64,000 nucleotides of DNA from Lepidodermella squamata (taxonomy: Eukaryota > Animalia > Gastrotricha), in the NCBI GenBank assembly GCA_047495785.1, contig JBLDXI010000015.1, positions 124,001 through 188,000 of the forward strand, given 5' to 3'. Position numbers and translations under genes: made by a program. Every line of letters begins with the position of its first letter. The stretch's first letter is position 1. The notes beneath the pieces are model-generated. The model searched no databases. It saw only the letters and a list, made by a program, of their open reading frames with translations, and had not been told where the DNA came from. Shown one piece after another: positions 10,763 through 25,046 of this stretch.

Positions 10763-13700
10763 TTAGACTAAATTGAGAAGGTATTCGACAAGTGACGAAT
10801 CCCCAGTTTCAGCAGAATTCACCTCATCGCTGAGAAGAATCGGCTCCGTTAGATAGACATCAACCGAACCTGAGCTGTAAGCGACCGCCTGAAAGTAATC
10901 GAAGCAATTTTTTCATTATTTGAAAGTTAAAACCGAAGCTTACCGATAAAAATCGTCTTGTAGCATTCGAATCCGCTTCGTCGTCGATACCAGATGAATC
11001 TAAGCAATATATCATATCTATGACCGATGCGGTTCCACCGGCGCTTCTCGCTGTTGGCGCTGGCATTGCTATCTCTGTCGCGGGACCCGACCATTGATTG
11101 GCGTATTTCGGCCCGATTTGATACAGGGCAACCTTTGCCTCATTTGTTACGCAGGCTACCGTTGCCAACGAGCCTTGAGTGCTCGTTGAACCTCCTAAAA
11201 CCGCCGAAGCACAGGCGATAGGAATCGGGAATGCCTGCAGTAGCTGATTCTCGGCTTCGAATGTCATCACAGGCTGGGAGCGGGATGTGACGTAGACAGC
11301 GAAACCCATCGCTGTAACGGAAATGAACGCCCCAGCCAACTCGCTCCCCGCTGATAGTTGAGTGGTTTCCCCGGTGATAAACTTCGCAAGGTTAACAACT
11401 GGAGATACAAATTTTCGAACAAAAACGCTAGGTAATGCAGAGCCTAATCCCCCGCCTCGCCCGCCATATCGCGCAACTTGGAGGGTATCACCCGAACTTA
11501 ACCCGATCAAAATGCGGCTAGGACTAGTTGGATGACTCATCATACAAGTTGGTTCTAACAACCCATCAGTTGAGTAAAACGAGGGTGTGATGTTACCGAA
11601 ACTGCTACGCAGCAATCTGATTCTACCCCCGGGTGTGACTGAAGGATCATCATTCATAGTTCGATAACTCCCAGCCCCTAAATCAGCCACGGCCCAGGTT
11701 GCCATCAGACCAGAATCGTCCAGACTTAGCAATTCGCAGCGCAAACCAGCCTGGGATTCTGTCAGGGAAGAACCAGCTGTCAATGGCAGCGGCAGCAAGC
11801 ACTTGAGCGGTGCCATATGAGTGTCATTGGACGTGAAAACTGCAGAACTTGTCGCCACGACGCCCGCACTTCGAAACGACGCAGATTTATTGCTGAAAGT
11901 AGCTCTGAAGTCCCAAACTGTTAGCGAACCATCTGCATGGCCTGCGAACAGCAATTCTGGAGATAGAGAGCTTTCCATTGCGATACATGTAACTCGGACC
12001 CCGCAAGAAAACACAATTTTTGGCTCTGATTTGGCTGCAGAGCTACTCGCGTTCCAAACGGCGATTTTATGCGGCAAACTGAATAAAATTGCGCCTTCTT
12101 TCGGGCCATGTAAGCTAATAAGAAAGTCCGAAGAATGAGGTGGGAATATGACTTTTTCGAGGCAATAGTTGTCCTGCTCTAAAGACAACGGTACTTGGGA
12201 GAAACTGCTGATTTTACTGCCGAAAGTAGCACCAAATTTGCTTTCCATTCGCTTCTTGCCGTCAGCATTGCCTGTTTTACGATGTTGCCCAGTGTTTTGC
12301 CGATTTGCTGAGTCTTCTAGTATACGAATCATCGTTGAGCTTGCATCTCGAACAAACTCGGCAAAATCTTTCGACTGCTCCTGGTTGAGCTTCTTTTTCG
12401 ATGTAACATGAGAATCACCGACTACATCTTGCCCACTGTACTCGTCGTCTTCAGTTGGCGGATTCTGAGTCCAAGCCGTTGAAACTTCGTACTTTTCTGT
12501 CTGGGTCTCCCTCGAGACAGCATCGTCGAATGTCTGGCAGGCTGTTTGTTTCCGATTAGCTTTTCCATAGCTCATGATGTATAGATCATACTCGGAAACG
12601 ACAGGAAAATCAAAGAAATCGATTCTAAATGGATTACAATAATCTCAACTTAACGATGGATCAAAAATTTTATACCTCGTGACGTCGAAGGTTACTAAAC
12701 GAAGAATATCGTTCGCCCTTCGACTCAACTTAGAAGTTCGTTGGATCGCTGCCTTGAAATTCAAGCCAATGGCAGGCTGTGGACCTCTGGGTGTTGCTAT
12801 TTCCTTCGATTTCGAAGTGATGGGCGCGTAATTGTCATTCTTCTGCTGAATTCTACTGCTTTTCTCGCTCGAGTTACCGCTTTCGTAGGATTCTGACGAT
12901 ATAGTTCGCTTGGATACTTGCTCTGGCTGGGGCGAGTGAACTTTTGATTTACTGACGGGTGGTGGAGGCGGGGATGGTTCATCTTCTTTCTCGAAGTCTC
13001 CGTCATCTTCAAAATCATCCTGATACTCCGCCTAAAAAAAACAACAATAGTACATGAATTCAGCAAAACTAACAACATTACCTCAAAATCATCGTCGTAA
13101 TTATATTCTGCAGTCTCCTCAGGTGTCACAGGTTTTGTAGCTTTTTTCACGGGTTGCTGGTATTGCTCATATTCGTCGTCAACCTTCGAGGATTTCTTTG
13201 ATGATGATTTCTTCGTAGAATCTTTATCGTCTTTCACAGATTTCGAAGATTCAGATGTTTTCTTTGACTTTGAAGACTTGTGTTTCCGCTCATCCTCAGC
13301 ATCAGCCAAAGGTGACCGTCGAGGACTGCCGCTATCAGGTCTTGGTTTCGAAATTTTCACCTTCTGTAAGGCAGAAATCGAATTGTCAGAAGGCTCCTTT
13401 CACTCAAGATATTACCTCTTCATTAAACTGAACTTTCTTGCTTTCAGGGATGACCAATTCTGCCCTCTTTAGCGACTTTTCATCACTCGCCTGCAGGGTT
13501 TATAGCAATTTGAAATCTTGGAATGACAAACATGAAAAATCTTACGTGTGATCGACTCTTCGTACTGCTTTCATCTGTGTGCCTTTTGCTCTTCTTTTCT
13601 TCGGCTGATTTATCGGTTTTGACACGTTGAGCTGTGAATTATCGCAGCAAAGGTGATCTTCAAACAAGAGATAAGGCTCAGATTAACTTACATTCTTTGA

Positions 13701-13789
13701 CAGCCTTAGATGAGCGATACGGATCCTTTCAAGAACAAACGGCAGCGCTAAGACTAAACTTTGAATAGTTGAGCTCTTACCTTTGACAT
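10763..13789 (-). CDS. WDR60: WD-repeat protein 60 / dynein-2 intermediate chain 1, multi-exon
   Basis: Lys/Ser-rich N-terminal micro-exons starting ATG TCA AAG|gt at 13789. Motifs YNYDDDFE, P-V-S-E-Y-D-L-Y-I-x-S-YG, ETQTE..AWTQNP, WD region FAGHADGSLTVWD and PGGRIRL. Last exon 10763-10888 reads AVAYSSGSVDV...stop. Confidence 0.85.
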
Positions 13790-14452
13790 GATTCGGAGAA
13801 ATCAATCGATCAACAAGCAGAAATTAAAGCAACATTTTTACTGCGGAAGAAAGAAGTGATGACATCGAATGTTAATAATCGGCGCAATTATACTGAATAC
13901 TTGAGACAATAAGCTTCAATCTTGGTAAGTTCGGATCGACTTTGGATACCGGCTGCGCGTCCCCAGTCGCAACCAAAGACGCTCCAGTCACTGTTATACA
14001 ATTTTTATATATTTCGGTATATATCTGTGTTAATTTTTGAATTTATCATTTTATTGAAAACGCTGTGAATGTCAATTTGATGTCACGTGCTTGCAACGCC
14101 TCGTCACGTGACTCCAGATGTCCGTATTCTTGGGGTCGATGAATGTGTCGCCTTATCATCGTATGCCGTGTTAGGTTCTCTGCCATTTTTTGGCCGTTGC
14201 GATAACAATCTTTTCCGGTTTTTGGACTTGACGGTCTCTTTTGCCATGTGACATGCGATTGCAATACAGTACAGTACTTCTTTTTGCCCCAGATCTTTGC
14301 CCAGATCTTGCAAATAGTTTTAAGGACATGCCAACATTTCTCTCTCTCTCTCTTGATCTCTTTATTCTCTATTTCTCTATTTCTTCTCTTGATCTTGATG
14401 TTGATTAACACATTTGATTTATCTAGCACTCATCTGTCACTTGGTATTTAAA

Positions 14453-14887
14453 ATGGTCAAAAGAAAGGTCGGCGAGGATTCGGCTGACACCGTCTCAAAG
14501 AAAAGCAAAGCTGCATCTAGTGGAAACCAGGAAAATGCGTCTGCTGATCACAACCTCGAAATGCAACCCATGCCGTGTGAGACTACTGACATTGCAGCTG
14601 CGTTTGAACTACTCGGTCAATCTCTCACCGTTCTCGGTGAGCAGCTGAAAAAATCAGGCTCAACAAAAGTGGTGCAAAAACACGTTTGGCAACCAGGCTC
14701 CGAAGCGATTGAAAATGCTGATGCAGCGCCTTTGCTATTGGATAGTTTTGTCTCAGGTGTCTCAGCCTTGCTGGCTCTTGCAATGAAAGAGCTGAGTAGC
14801 ACCACAGGCCGTAAGACGGCACGTGATGTTCAACTTGCTGATGCTATGATGGAGAATCTCGTGGCTTTCATGCCTGTCATTGACTAA
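14453..14887 (+). CDS. Small intronless protein resembling the HMGXB4 C-terminal domain, without an HMG box
   Basis: DIAAAFELLGQSLTVLGEQL...LLLDS...ALLAL...MENLVAFMP parallels my recollection of the HMGXB4 C-terminus (DVAAHLQLLGESLSLIGHRL...LLDS...LDNIAYIMP). Basic NLS-like N-terminus. Confidence 0.65.
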   Translation: MVKRKVGEDSADTVSKKSKAASSGNQENASADHNLEMQPMPCETTDIAAAFELLGQSLTVLGEQLKKSGSTKVVQKHVWQPGSEAIENADAAPLLLDSFVSGVSALLALAMKELSSTTGRKTARDVQLADAMMENLVAFMPVID

Positions 14888-14993
14888 TTGTTTTTACTGT
14901 TTCTTTCTCTTCTCTTTGTTATTTCATTACGCAATAAACTTTGCTCAGTTTAACTCCTCTGTTTTTCTAGTGTTGTTGACTCGTTATTTGGAA

Positions 14994-17900
14994 ATGGTGA
15001 GTGCAGCAACCCAACTCAGATGGCTGTTGTGGAAAAACTGGATTGTTGTTAAACGGCGTTACATTGCCTCAACTCTTGAATTTTTAATACCGGCCTTCCT
15101 CCCGATTGTTTTACTACTTATTCGTCAAAAAATCGACTCATATGACGTAGACTACCCGCGAGAATTCAACGCATGCAATGACATTTGTCGTTTTCCTGAA
15201 AGTGGCAACTACTCTGATCTCCACTCACTGGCTTACTACCCAGATTCAGAATTTACACAAAACCTCATGAACCAAGTTGTTACGAAAAGTCCTTACATTC
15301 GACATATAACAAGCGCTATGGGCGGCTTTAAAAGCGAAGATGACATGGTAGCTTTCCTGCAGCAATTTAACGGAACTGGCCTGAACACACGATTTTACGC
15401 TGCTGGTATCGTTTTCACAAAAATCGAAGGCGATAAACAGAAACCGAGTTACATTCAATACAAAATTAGACTACCAGCTACTCCGAGGAATAGGCTGAAA
15501 GCGCAGAGTGAAATCGATCCTTTCAGTGCGGATTCTAATTGGAGAACGCAAAATGTATTCCCGAATCCGCTGCCCCTTGGCCCGAGAGAGAAATCGCAGA
15601 ATTGCTCGGCCAATCCTAATTACAAACAGGAGGGCTTCATTTCGTTGATGTGTGCCATTGATTCTACGATAATTATGTTATTCAACGGGTCGAGTGAGCG
15701 AGTTAGGGTGACGGGACAGCGACAGCCATTTCCACCCTATTACAGAGACCCTTACATCATGGCAATCCAGCAAAACTTTGCGTTTTTGCTACTGCTAGCT
15801 TTCTTTTTCACGGTTTTAAACGCTGCGAGTGACATAACTTCAGAACGAGAGGATAAGTTGAAAGAAACGCTGAGAATGATGGGCGTTTCCAGCTCAATTC
15901 AATGGGCGGCGTGGATAATCCGATTCGCGATATCTTCAATCATAATTTGCGCACTCCAAACTCTGTTTTACACATTGCCGTCAGTTGACAAGCCGCCTGT
16001 TGTGCCGAAATCAGACCCATTTATTGTTTTCATATTCATGCTGCTAAGCTGCCTAGCCTCCGTCTCGTTTTCGTTCATGGTATCAAGTTTCTTCAGTTCG
16101 GCGTCTTCCGCAGCAATTGCCAGTGCAATTGCGTATTTATTGTCTTTTGCTCCGTATAATTTATTGCAATTACGATATGGAGATGTGAATCTTGGCGTGA
16201 AAATGGGTATGATGCTAATTTCAACGGTCGGAATGGGATTTGGCGGGCTGGTTATCGGTGATTTTGAGGCACTTGGCACCGGCGCCCAGTGGAATAATGT
16301 GAACGCACCCGCTGGGGTCGACGATCAGTTGACTCTGACCCTTGTTCTCATAATGCTGGCAGTCGATACGGTGCTGTACCTTCTAATCGCTTTCTACGTC
16401 GAAACAGGTTAGAATTCAAATGAAATACTGATGAGCATCACATCCAGTTTAAAAATTAAGAGAGACATAAATTCAAATTTAGAATGCTAGTTGCAGGCAA
16501 ACATTTTGAGAATTATTTTCGCTCAAGGTGGTTTTCTCAAATTTCGAGGATTTTATACTATTCACCCGAAATTCGATTAAATCACTGCACAATTCGTTGT
16601 AATTTTCTCTTAAATTTCGTAAATTTAAACAAAATTTGAACAAAAATAGAAAAATCTCCCTACTTCCCATCAGTGATCAATGTCGAGCTCTTCAAAATAC
16701 TTGTTAATGACCTAGGGCTTGTGCTATAGCCAACCGTGCGCGCCTGAAATTTTTCGATAAATAAAACAAAATATTGGAGAATTTTGCCTCAAGTCTTAGA
16801 ATTCTGGGATGAGCCCAAAATATCCCCAAGACCTTGCGAAGCGAAGCATATATTACCGTATTTGTTCCTGTAGCAGCCCGGGCTACTAAAATTTCTACCT
16901 CGAAATTTTGAAAAATTCGAAAAATGCTATTAGGGATGGGCGATTATTGGAACAAATACGGTAATTCCGAATTTTTCAAATTAAACTAAATTAAATATTA
17001 AACTTCACATTTATTTGAGGATATTTTGAAAATTGTTTTCCATTTTCCTGTTTTAGTGAAACCCGGCGAATTCGGCGTACCGCAACCGTGGTATTTCCCA
17101 GTGAAACCAAGTTTTTGGTTCCCAAGCGTTAAACAATCCCACCAACCAAACTCCGCTGAGCACAACCAACCCGCGCCTGTGCCGGCGTACGGTGACAAAG
17201 CGTGGTTCGAACCTGGCGAGAAGTACGCGTCCACCATGCCAGATGCCGCTGTTAAAATCCGCGAACTCACCAAACGTTTCGGCAATGCGAAAACCGCCGT
17301 TGACGCGCTGTCGCTGGACCTATACGAGGGCCATATAACCTGCCTGTTAGGTCACAACGGTTCGGGCAAAACTACGACCATGTTCATGCTAACCGGCTTC
17401 CTAGCCCCGTCCAGTGGAACAGCTTTGATCAACGGCTCAGACATTCGATCGGCAGCTGATTTGACGGCGATTCGACAGCAACTAGGGCTCTGCCCGCAAC
17501 ATGATGTGCTATTCCGTCAGTTGACTGTTTCCGAACATCTGCAGCTATTCGCGTTGTTGAAGGGCTGTGAGCAGAGCATGTTGGCGCATGAAACTGCGAA
17601 AGCGTTGGAGTCTGTCAATTTGGTGGCGAAACGAGACGAATATGCGCGGAATATGTCTGGCGGGCAGAAGAGACGACTGTCAGTGGCTATTGCACTCATT
17701 GGCGGGTCGAAAATTGTCATTCTCGACGAACCGACTTCTGGCCTCGATCCTGATGCTAGGTAAGAGTCTTATTACAGCTGAATTACAGCTATTTTTTGTT
17801 TATTTTGAAAATTAACCGAAATAATTAAAGATAATCATATTCCTGAGAATTTTAAATTTCTTGTCTAATTTAAATTTTGATTAGTTTGGTGCTCGCAGTT

Positions 17901-20900
17901 GAATTTTTGTCTCAGGTTTACTTGTTCGAAACTTGACTATAGTTTGAGCTGTTTTTTGCATTGAGACCATTTTTGTTACAATCTCATAATGCAACACTCA
18001 ATAGAAACACACAAAGCGATAAGCTCTCTAGGTTTTTTTCGTGAGGTTTTTTGAAGGTTCTACAGCGTGGGCTGCGTGAAATTAGCTTATTCATTGATAA
18101 AATGTGCAATGCCGAGGTGTCAGGCGACCTGATCAGCGATTACGGCTTTTAACCCGATTGCAACCAGGCCGAATGTTTGTCAATTTTTTGAGACCCTAGT
18201 AGTAAGATTGAAACTGATGAAAACGTGCCACGATCGTGACTAAAATTGTAATTACGAGCGACATCGTGATAAAAAATATTGAAAGCCTGGAGAAATATTA
18301 AAAACTATTTAATCAAGACAGTAGCCTCGAATTGCATTTCTCCTTTTTTTTATCAGATTATTACACGGAACCGCAGTAATTGAGGTACTGATAAGGCTCT
18401 GCTAATAAAACTGTAAACTTATTGAAAGACGTTAGAGGTCAATCTTGCGTCGGTCCCTCTCCCTCATTTCAGCATCAATGTAAGAGAAAATGACCGACGC
18501 AAAATTCTACGAAAAACTGACCGAGTTACTTATTAGATAGTTTCAAAAATTTCGAAAAATCGACCTAAATACGAATATTGATTTTGGTTTATCCGCGATA
18601 AATTTCGAATTTTTTTCGGTAAAATCTGAGAGGAAGCTTAGAATTTCAGTAATCCAATAGGCAGCCCAACTTATGATTAAATAGTCGATTCAAGAGTTTC
18701 AAGTATACAAAAACGAAAATTACTGCATGGGAAAATGCTCTAGAACGAGGAATTTTTGTGAGTTCCGAACTGGAATTTAATGATGTTTCTGACTATTTCA
18801 GGCGCTCTTTATGGGATGTAATCGAGAAAGCTCGCGCCGGCCGAGCGATTCTGCTGACAACGCATTTCCTGGAAGAAGCCGACGCCCTCGCCGACCGCGT
18901 CGCTGTTCTCTCAACCGGCAGACTGCGCTGCGTAGGCTCGCCAATGTTCCTGAAACGAACACTGGGCGGCGGCTACCGACTGAACGTCGAAGTGAAGAAG
19001 GGCGGTGATTTGAAGGCCCTCAACAAACTGGTACATGCCAAAGTCCCTAGTGCTCAGCTGTGGGCTCAAACTCTGAGGAACGAACTGCTGTACACCCTGC
19101 CGATCGGGCATGGCGAGGCCTCGCAAAAGGCCATCGAAGAAATCGCGCAGTTGGCCGATGAGCTAGAGGCGGAAGGCCCTGCACTGGGCATGGAATCACT
19201 TGGCCTCACTGCGTCTAGCATCGAAGACGTGTTCGTAGTCGCTGGAATCGCGAAGGAATTCAACGAAAACGACCCAACAGCCGCTGCAGCTGCTAGCAAC
19301 AACGACCAGGCCCCGCAGAGGACTTACGGCGTCGGCGATACGGCTAATCTGGACGACACGCAGCAGTCGACCATCGAATCAGCGGCTGGCGAGGAAAATC
19401 TGACTGCCGTGCCGAAAGATGGCGTTTACACGAGTTTCCAACTTGGCGCGTACCAGTTGTACGCTATGTGTGTTAAATTAGCGATTTCGATGTACCGAGC
19501 CCCGGTCGTCACCCTGGCATCGTTGATTTGCCCGATTCTCTTCACGGCTATTGCGATTGTGTTGATTAAAACGATTCCGGGGTTGAGTGACGCCCCTGCG
19601 CTGCTGCTCACGCCTGATCATTACCAGAAACCAATTGTGTCAACTCTGCCGTTTTCGAATAACTCTCTGTTCGAATCTGCGTACCAGCGAACCCTCACCT
19701 CGCAGTACCCATCAATTGTGTACAACCGTGTGTCGAATTACAAATACTCGGATTTGCAGGACTATTTGAGTGATGCCGGCAAGGGCCATTTGCCCGACTA
19801 CCGGACGCTGTACAACCTGGGCGCGGAGTTTGACGATTCGAAGCAGCACGTGATTGCGTACTTCAACGGCGATGCGTACCACTCGGTGGCTGTTGCGATG
19901 GCGGCGGCGTATTCTGGCATTTTGAACTCGATTGTCGGCGGCGATGGGCAGCTGTACCGCCTGGAGACCATCAACCACCCGCTGCCGACGACGCCGCTCG
20001 AGAAGGCGGAGAACAGCGAGTTACAGTACACGAACGGCTTCTTCATCGCCTTCAATTTGATGTAAGTCTAGTCATTTATTTATTCCCAGGGTTCCTTGGT
20101 ATTCGAAGTTCGGAGTTGAAAAAGCCGAAAACAAGAGCCAAGGACATATGAGCCAAACGAGTCTAAACTGAGAAATGTCATAAAAAAGCCCTTTAAGTCG
20201 TCAGTAAGCGCTGAAGAACTTTGAAAGGAACTTTATTTGTCCTCTTCTCTGCCGTTTCTCTGCCGTAGCATCTTTTGCCGTTTCCGGATTTGAAGAGTAA
20301 CGTCAATAAGTTACACCATACTAATGTTGGTTCATTATGTCGCGATGATGTGGGCAGTGAAAATACAAAGCTAGGGCGTTGAACAAGCTTGAGCCGGTGA
20401 ATCTAAGGGAGGCCTGGCCGTAGTCCAGATACACACGCGTTTCTTATAGGAAATGATAAAGTTGATAAGACAGTATATGAGCGAAGAAACAAGAAAGCGT
20501 GGTTGTAATTAATTTGAGCGATGATCATTCATTTTCATTTTCTCTTCAATTTTTTTGATGATTTTGGTCATTTTGGAACTCGTCATTTTCCAGCATTTCA
20601 CATGACAGGAGATTTCTTGTTCATACGCAGAATAGTCCATCATAATTTCTACGAGACGGGCCGATATGAATGAGATTTTGTGGCGATTTTCAAGATGAGC
20701 TTCTTGTTTATTCAGAAGAGAATTTAAAGCACCTGAGATTAGTAAAGCACATTATTCGCGCTACTATCAGAAAAACAGGGCGTTAAGGCTATAAGAATTT
20801 CGGGTACAAAAGGAGAAGGTTCGGTAGTCATTGGACGTTTTTTTGCCGAATTTTTTTACCGCCCTAAGCGGTGAATCAGACCCTTCAGATGAAGATTCAG

Positions 20901-23900
20901 AACTACTAGTAACGCGAATAGGTTGAGATGGCTAGTTGATTGCACGCAAAAGATTAGAGCTAGAAGGTTTTGAACTAGAAGAACGCTGTTAGTACCACAA
21001 TGAAGCGTGAGCGGAGATTTCATTTATTGTCGCATGTTTCAACTTTTTCAACTTCAGGCAACTTCAGCCCACGCTTTGGGCTTATCGAGCCTCTTCCTAT
21101 ATTGCTCATTACGGTTGCCCCAGAGATAGGGATACTGTTCAACCAAAGAAATGATCACTACGGGGTCATACTTGGCGTCGAGTTTAGCGATTTTATCATC
21201 TGTAGTTGGGTCGTCAGCCATTTGAATGCTAAGTTGAATGCAAATGCTAAATTGCGACTTGATGCCAAAGGGGTGCAGCTGTCGCTAACATGTGTCCTGT
21301 TAAGGTGGATTGGGCGGAGCTATCTTCGATGGACAGCGAATAGAGAAGTTATAGCGAATACGAGAGTATAAAGCGCAGTCAACTGACAAACTGACAAAAC
21401 TGAAAACATTAGCGAGTAAATGGAAATACGATATTATCAGTTACGACATTAATAAGGAAAGAAGTCGACGCGCCTCTGGTGATTGTTTTCTCGCAACCTT
21501 TCGATCATGGTAGGAACTGTGAGGAGAGTACTTGCGTTTTCTTGTCGGCAAGGATGCTGATTTGCGTCCGTCCTTGTTGAGCCTTTCACTCAGTCCACCC
21601 GACGCCAGAAAATTCTAAGTTTCAAATCTTATCAACTTTAATTGAATTGAAGAATATACCTGGTTATTTATTCTTTCCTCGATTTTCTCCGTTTCGAAGT
21701 ATTTTTGTGTTTAATGCCCATTTAATTTGACACTTTTAGGTTTGGCATATCGGTGCTTCTCGGATGCTGCGTCATGCTGCCAGTGCAGGAACGCATGTCC
21801 TGCTCGAAGCAGCTGCAGATGATCGCAGGCGCCTCGCCCGCCATCTACTGGGTCGCAACTTTCGTCATGCAACTCGCCATTTTCTTCGTGTCAAGCTGCC
21901 TCGTGCTGATCAGCTTCGCAGCGGGCGACATCACGGCGTTTGTCGGCGACGCACGAGCCGGCGATTTCATCCTCCTGATGCTGCTCTTCTTCCTATCGGC
22001 CGCCCCGCAGAACTACCTGATGAGCCATTTGTTCGGCCAACCGAACCGCGCCCTCGTCTGGCAGATCCTGTGGAATCTGTTCGCGTCCGAAGTCACCATT
22101 CTCGCGGTCGGCATTCTCACCCTGCCGAGTCTGGACCTGCTCGACGTGGGCAATGCGTGTCGTCAGGCGTTTCTGTACCTGCTGCCGCAGTTCGGCACCG
22201 GCCAGGCAATGACGGATTACTACGCCAACTGGGTGCGCGAGTCGATTTGCAGCATGGAGGAAATCGTCGACATCTGCAAACTTGTTGTCGAGTATGTTAA
22301 CAAAGTCTTTTTAACGACGTTGCAAAAATGCTAGTGCTCATTTAACCAGAAGAAAGTAGTTTGGCTAAAATTTTAATAATTTGGATAATTGATCAGCTAT
22401 TTTTGTTGAGGCTCGGGGGATTAATCGCTCTTTGTTCAGCGAGCCGCTTGAGGTATTTGGGGGAGATTTTAAGGCTTTGTAACTACGATGAAATGTGAGA
22501 TAATCAGAACCAGAATTTAACCTTGCCCTCCCCATTTGATTAGTTTTAGCGCCTATAGTGCAGCTGAGGAAATTCGGTAAATTTTGATTTTTTCCCAGGA
22601 GAAAAATTGGCCAAGGGACGAATGTTTCATAATTGTTTTCACTTGTGTGTTTAGGTTCAACGTGACATCTGTGCAGATTCCGTGCTGCCCGGCTCCGTAT
22701 TGCCCGCCTGGCAACTGCTGGACCCCGCAATCCAACTATCTGACGCTGGCTGATGGCGGCATTGGCGAGTACCTAGTCGCCATGGCCTGCCAAGCTGTCG
22801 TCTACTGGGCCGCTCTTCTGCTACTCGAGTACCGCGTGTTCCAATCACTGTTCTCCTGGGTGAAACGCGATCTGGTACCCGGTGGCAGTAGTGCAAGTAA
22901 CCAATCCAGCATGGAGCATAACCGATCTTCGAGTCGGCAGCACCTGGTCGAATCAGACGAATTGGCCCGCCATACTTCGATAAACGGGGCGGCCAGCTCG
23001 CCGGAAGATGTTGATGTCGTAGCTGAACGACAGCGGGTAGAAGCGAGGACCGAGGACGTCAAATCGGGCAAGGTGGCGCATCGCGATGCCGGCCTGCAGG
23101 TTTGCAACGTTCAGAAGCGATACTCGTCGAAAGTGCTCGCGGTTGCGGGCGTGTCGTTCGAAGTTCAGCCTGGCTCGTGCTTCGGCCTGCTGGGCTTCAA
23201 CGGCGCTGGCAAAACCAGTCTGTACCGCATCATCACCGCAGGTTTGTTTCGTTACTTTGAGCTACTTTTCGTTCTGGGGGCAATTTTATGGGAGTTATTA
23301 AATTGTCGCAAACCCAGCATTTTGAACTTGGGTGCTATACGGCACAAAGAAACTTGAAAGTCAACGAAGCAAACCAGATTAGGTCTGGATTCCTAGGCTT
23401 TCTTCCAGGTTCAGTTCCGAGGTGAAAACAACTCACCGATGTAAAAATGCAGTGTTTACAATAATCGAACAAGGAGACATTTTTGCTTTAGAATAAGCCT
23501 TTAAATTGAGCGGAACTTCGACGGTAGATCGTTCAATAACAGATTGGGCCGCCCTTTGCTTTCAGATTGCAGTCAGGCGTATACTGAGAGTAATAAATGT
23601 GAACTTTTATTACTAGACTCGATGCCGACATCTGGCGATGTATTGGTAGCTGGCCGTTCCGTTCGAACTTCGCCGACCTCTGCGCAGTCGCAACTCGGCT
23701 ACTGCCCACAGGCTGTCTCGTCCATCGACGGGTTGTCTGACCAGTTAACCGGCAGGCAACAACTTCTGCTAATGGCCCGACTGCGCGGAATTCGCGGCGA
23801 CATCCACGCCTACGTCCAACGCCTTCTCGATTTCGTCTACCTGACGAAATTCGCAGACAGGCCTTCACGGACGTATTCAGGCGGGATGAGGCGAAAGCTG

Positions 23901-24500
23901 TCCACGGCCGTTGCGTTGATCGGCCAACCACCTGTTGTGCTGTTGGACGAACCCACAACTGGCATGGACCCAGCTGCGAGACGGCAGTTCTGGCGGGTGG
24001 TTGACCGATTGCGGCGGGACGGTTCCACCGTGGTTCTGACCTCGCACTCGATGGACGAATGCGACTTGCTCTGCGACAAAATCGCAGTGATGGTTCGCGG
24101 TAAACTAGCCTGTGTCGGAACGCCGTCGCATCTGAAATCGCGATTCGGCGGTGGGATGATTCTGATTGCGAAAGCGCCGAGTCCGAGCGGCCTGGCGGCT
24201 ATGCAGGGCTACATAGTTGCGAATTTCACGAATGCCAAGCTGCGAGATGCGCACTTGGGCACGGCGTCTTACACGATTCCGTACGTGAATGGCAACCAGG
24301 TGGCGCAGACGTGGTCGGTCATGTTCTCGTGCCTCGAAAGGGCGCGAAATGACCTGGGCCTCATCGAAGACTACTCGCTGAGCCACACTACGCTGGAACG
24401 AGTTTTCCTCGCTTTTGCCGCGTCCGGCTCCAGCGATGACGACGTGAAACCGAATGAGACTGGGGCTGTTTCAGATATCACCGTTTCTGTCGCGTTGTGA
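14994..24500 (+). CDS. ABC transporter subfamily A (ABCA3-like full transporter), 7 exons
   Basis: In-frame exons 14994-16407, 17057-17759, 18802-20061, 21740-22291, 22655-23241 and 23617-24500 (six intervals as resolved by eye). Motifs [10 protein letters not shown]; Walker [10 protein letters not shown] and GFNGAGKTS; signatures MSGGQKR and YSGGMRR; [10 protein letters not shown] and [10 protein letters not shown]; TTLERVFL. Confidence 0.95.
16856..16961. mobile_element. Tc1/pogo-like MITE in ABCA intron 1
   Basis: TIR CCGTATTTGTTCC ... GGAACAAATACGG with TA on both sides. Confidence 0.7.
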
Positions 24501-25046
24501 GATTTTTTACGCTCTAAGCTTGCCTTACCATTTGAATACGACTGATGACTTGCGATGGTTTTACTTCCGTTTTAATGCACTCGAATTTTTGTGATTGTGA
24601 TTAATTATATTCAAGACTCGCTAGCTGCACTCTTACAGGAGGTGCTTTTATTACAGCCCGGTTGACAACAACTACTGTACAATCGTATTTTGATACGCGA
24701 CGGTCTTATCGCTCTAGTATCTATCAATTACTTGAACGCCATTTATTTTGGAAAATAAACAGTCGACTTGAGCCGTGCAATATTTACTGTTGCGCTTTTA
24801 CTGTTGCAAATTATGGTCATCCGCCATTGTGGCACAAATAAAAGCTGAATATTTTGAACTCCGCAGTTTTTCGAAAACCGAATGAAAAATGAAAGCAAAG
24901 GGATTATTAATTGAAACTTGTTTGTCAATTCCCGTACTAACTCGTCTCACTCTGAGTATTAATCCGCCAGCGTCTCGTATCAATGAGTGCGCATCAGCTG
25001 GCGAGGCAATACATAGTTCGATTGTCAGGAAAAGAATCAGCCGAAT

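Noticed and set aside
13960-14115. RFX X-box and CACGTG E-boxes in the divergent WDR60 promoter region
   Set aside because: The matches are short or degenerate and cannot be told from chance.
14880-14993. TTG-started N-terminal extension of the ABCA ORF
   Set aside because: It overlaps the upstream gene's stop, and ABCA homology begins at the ATG at 14994.
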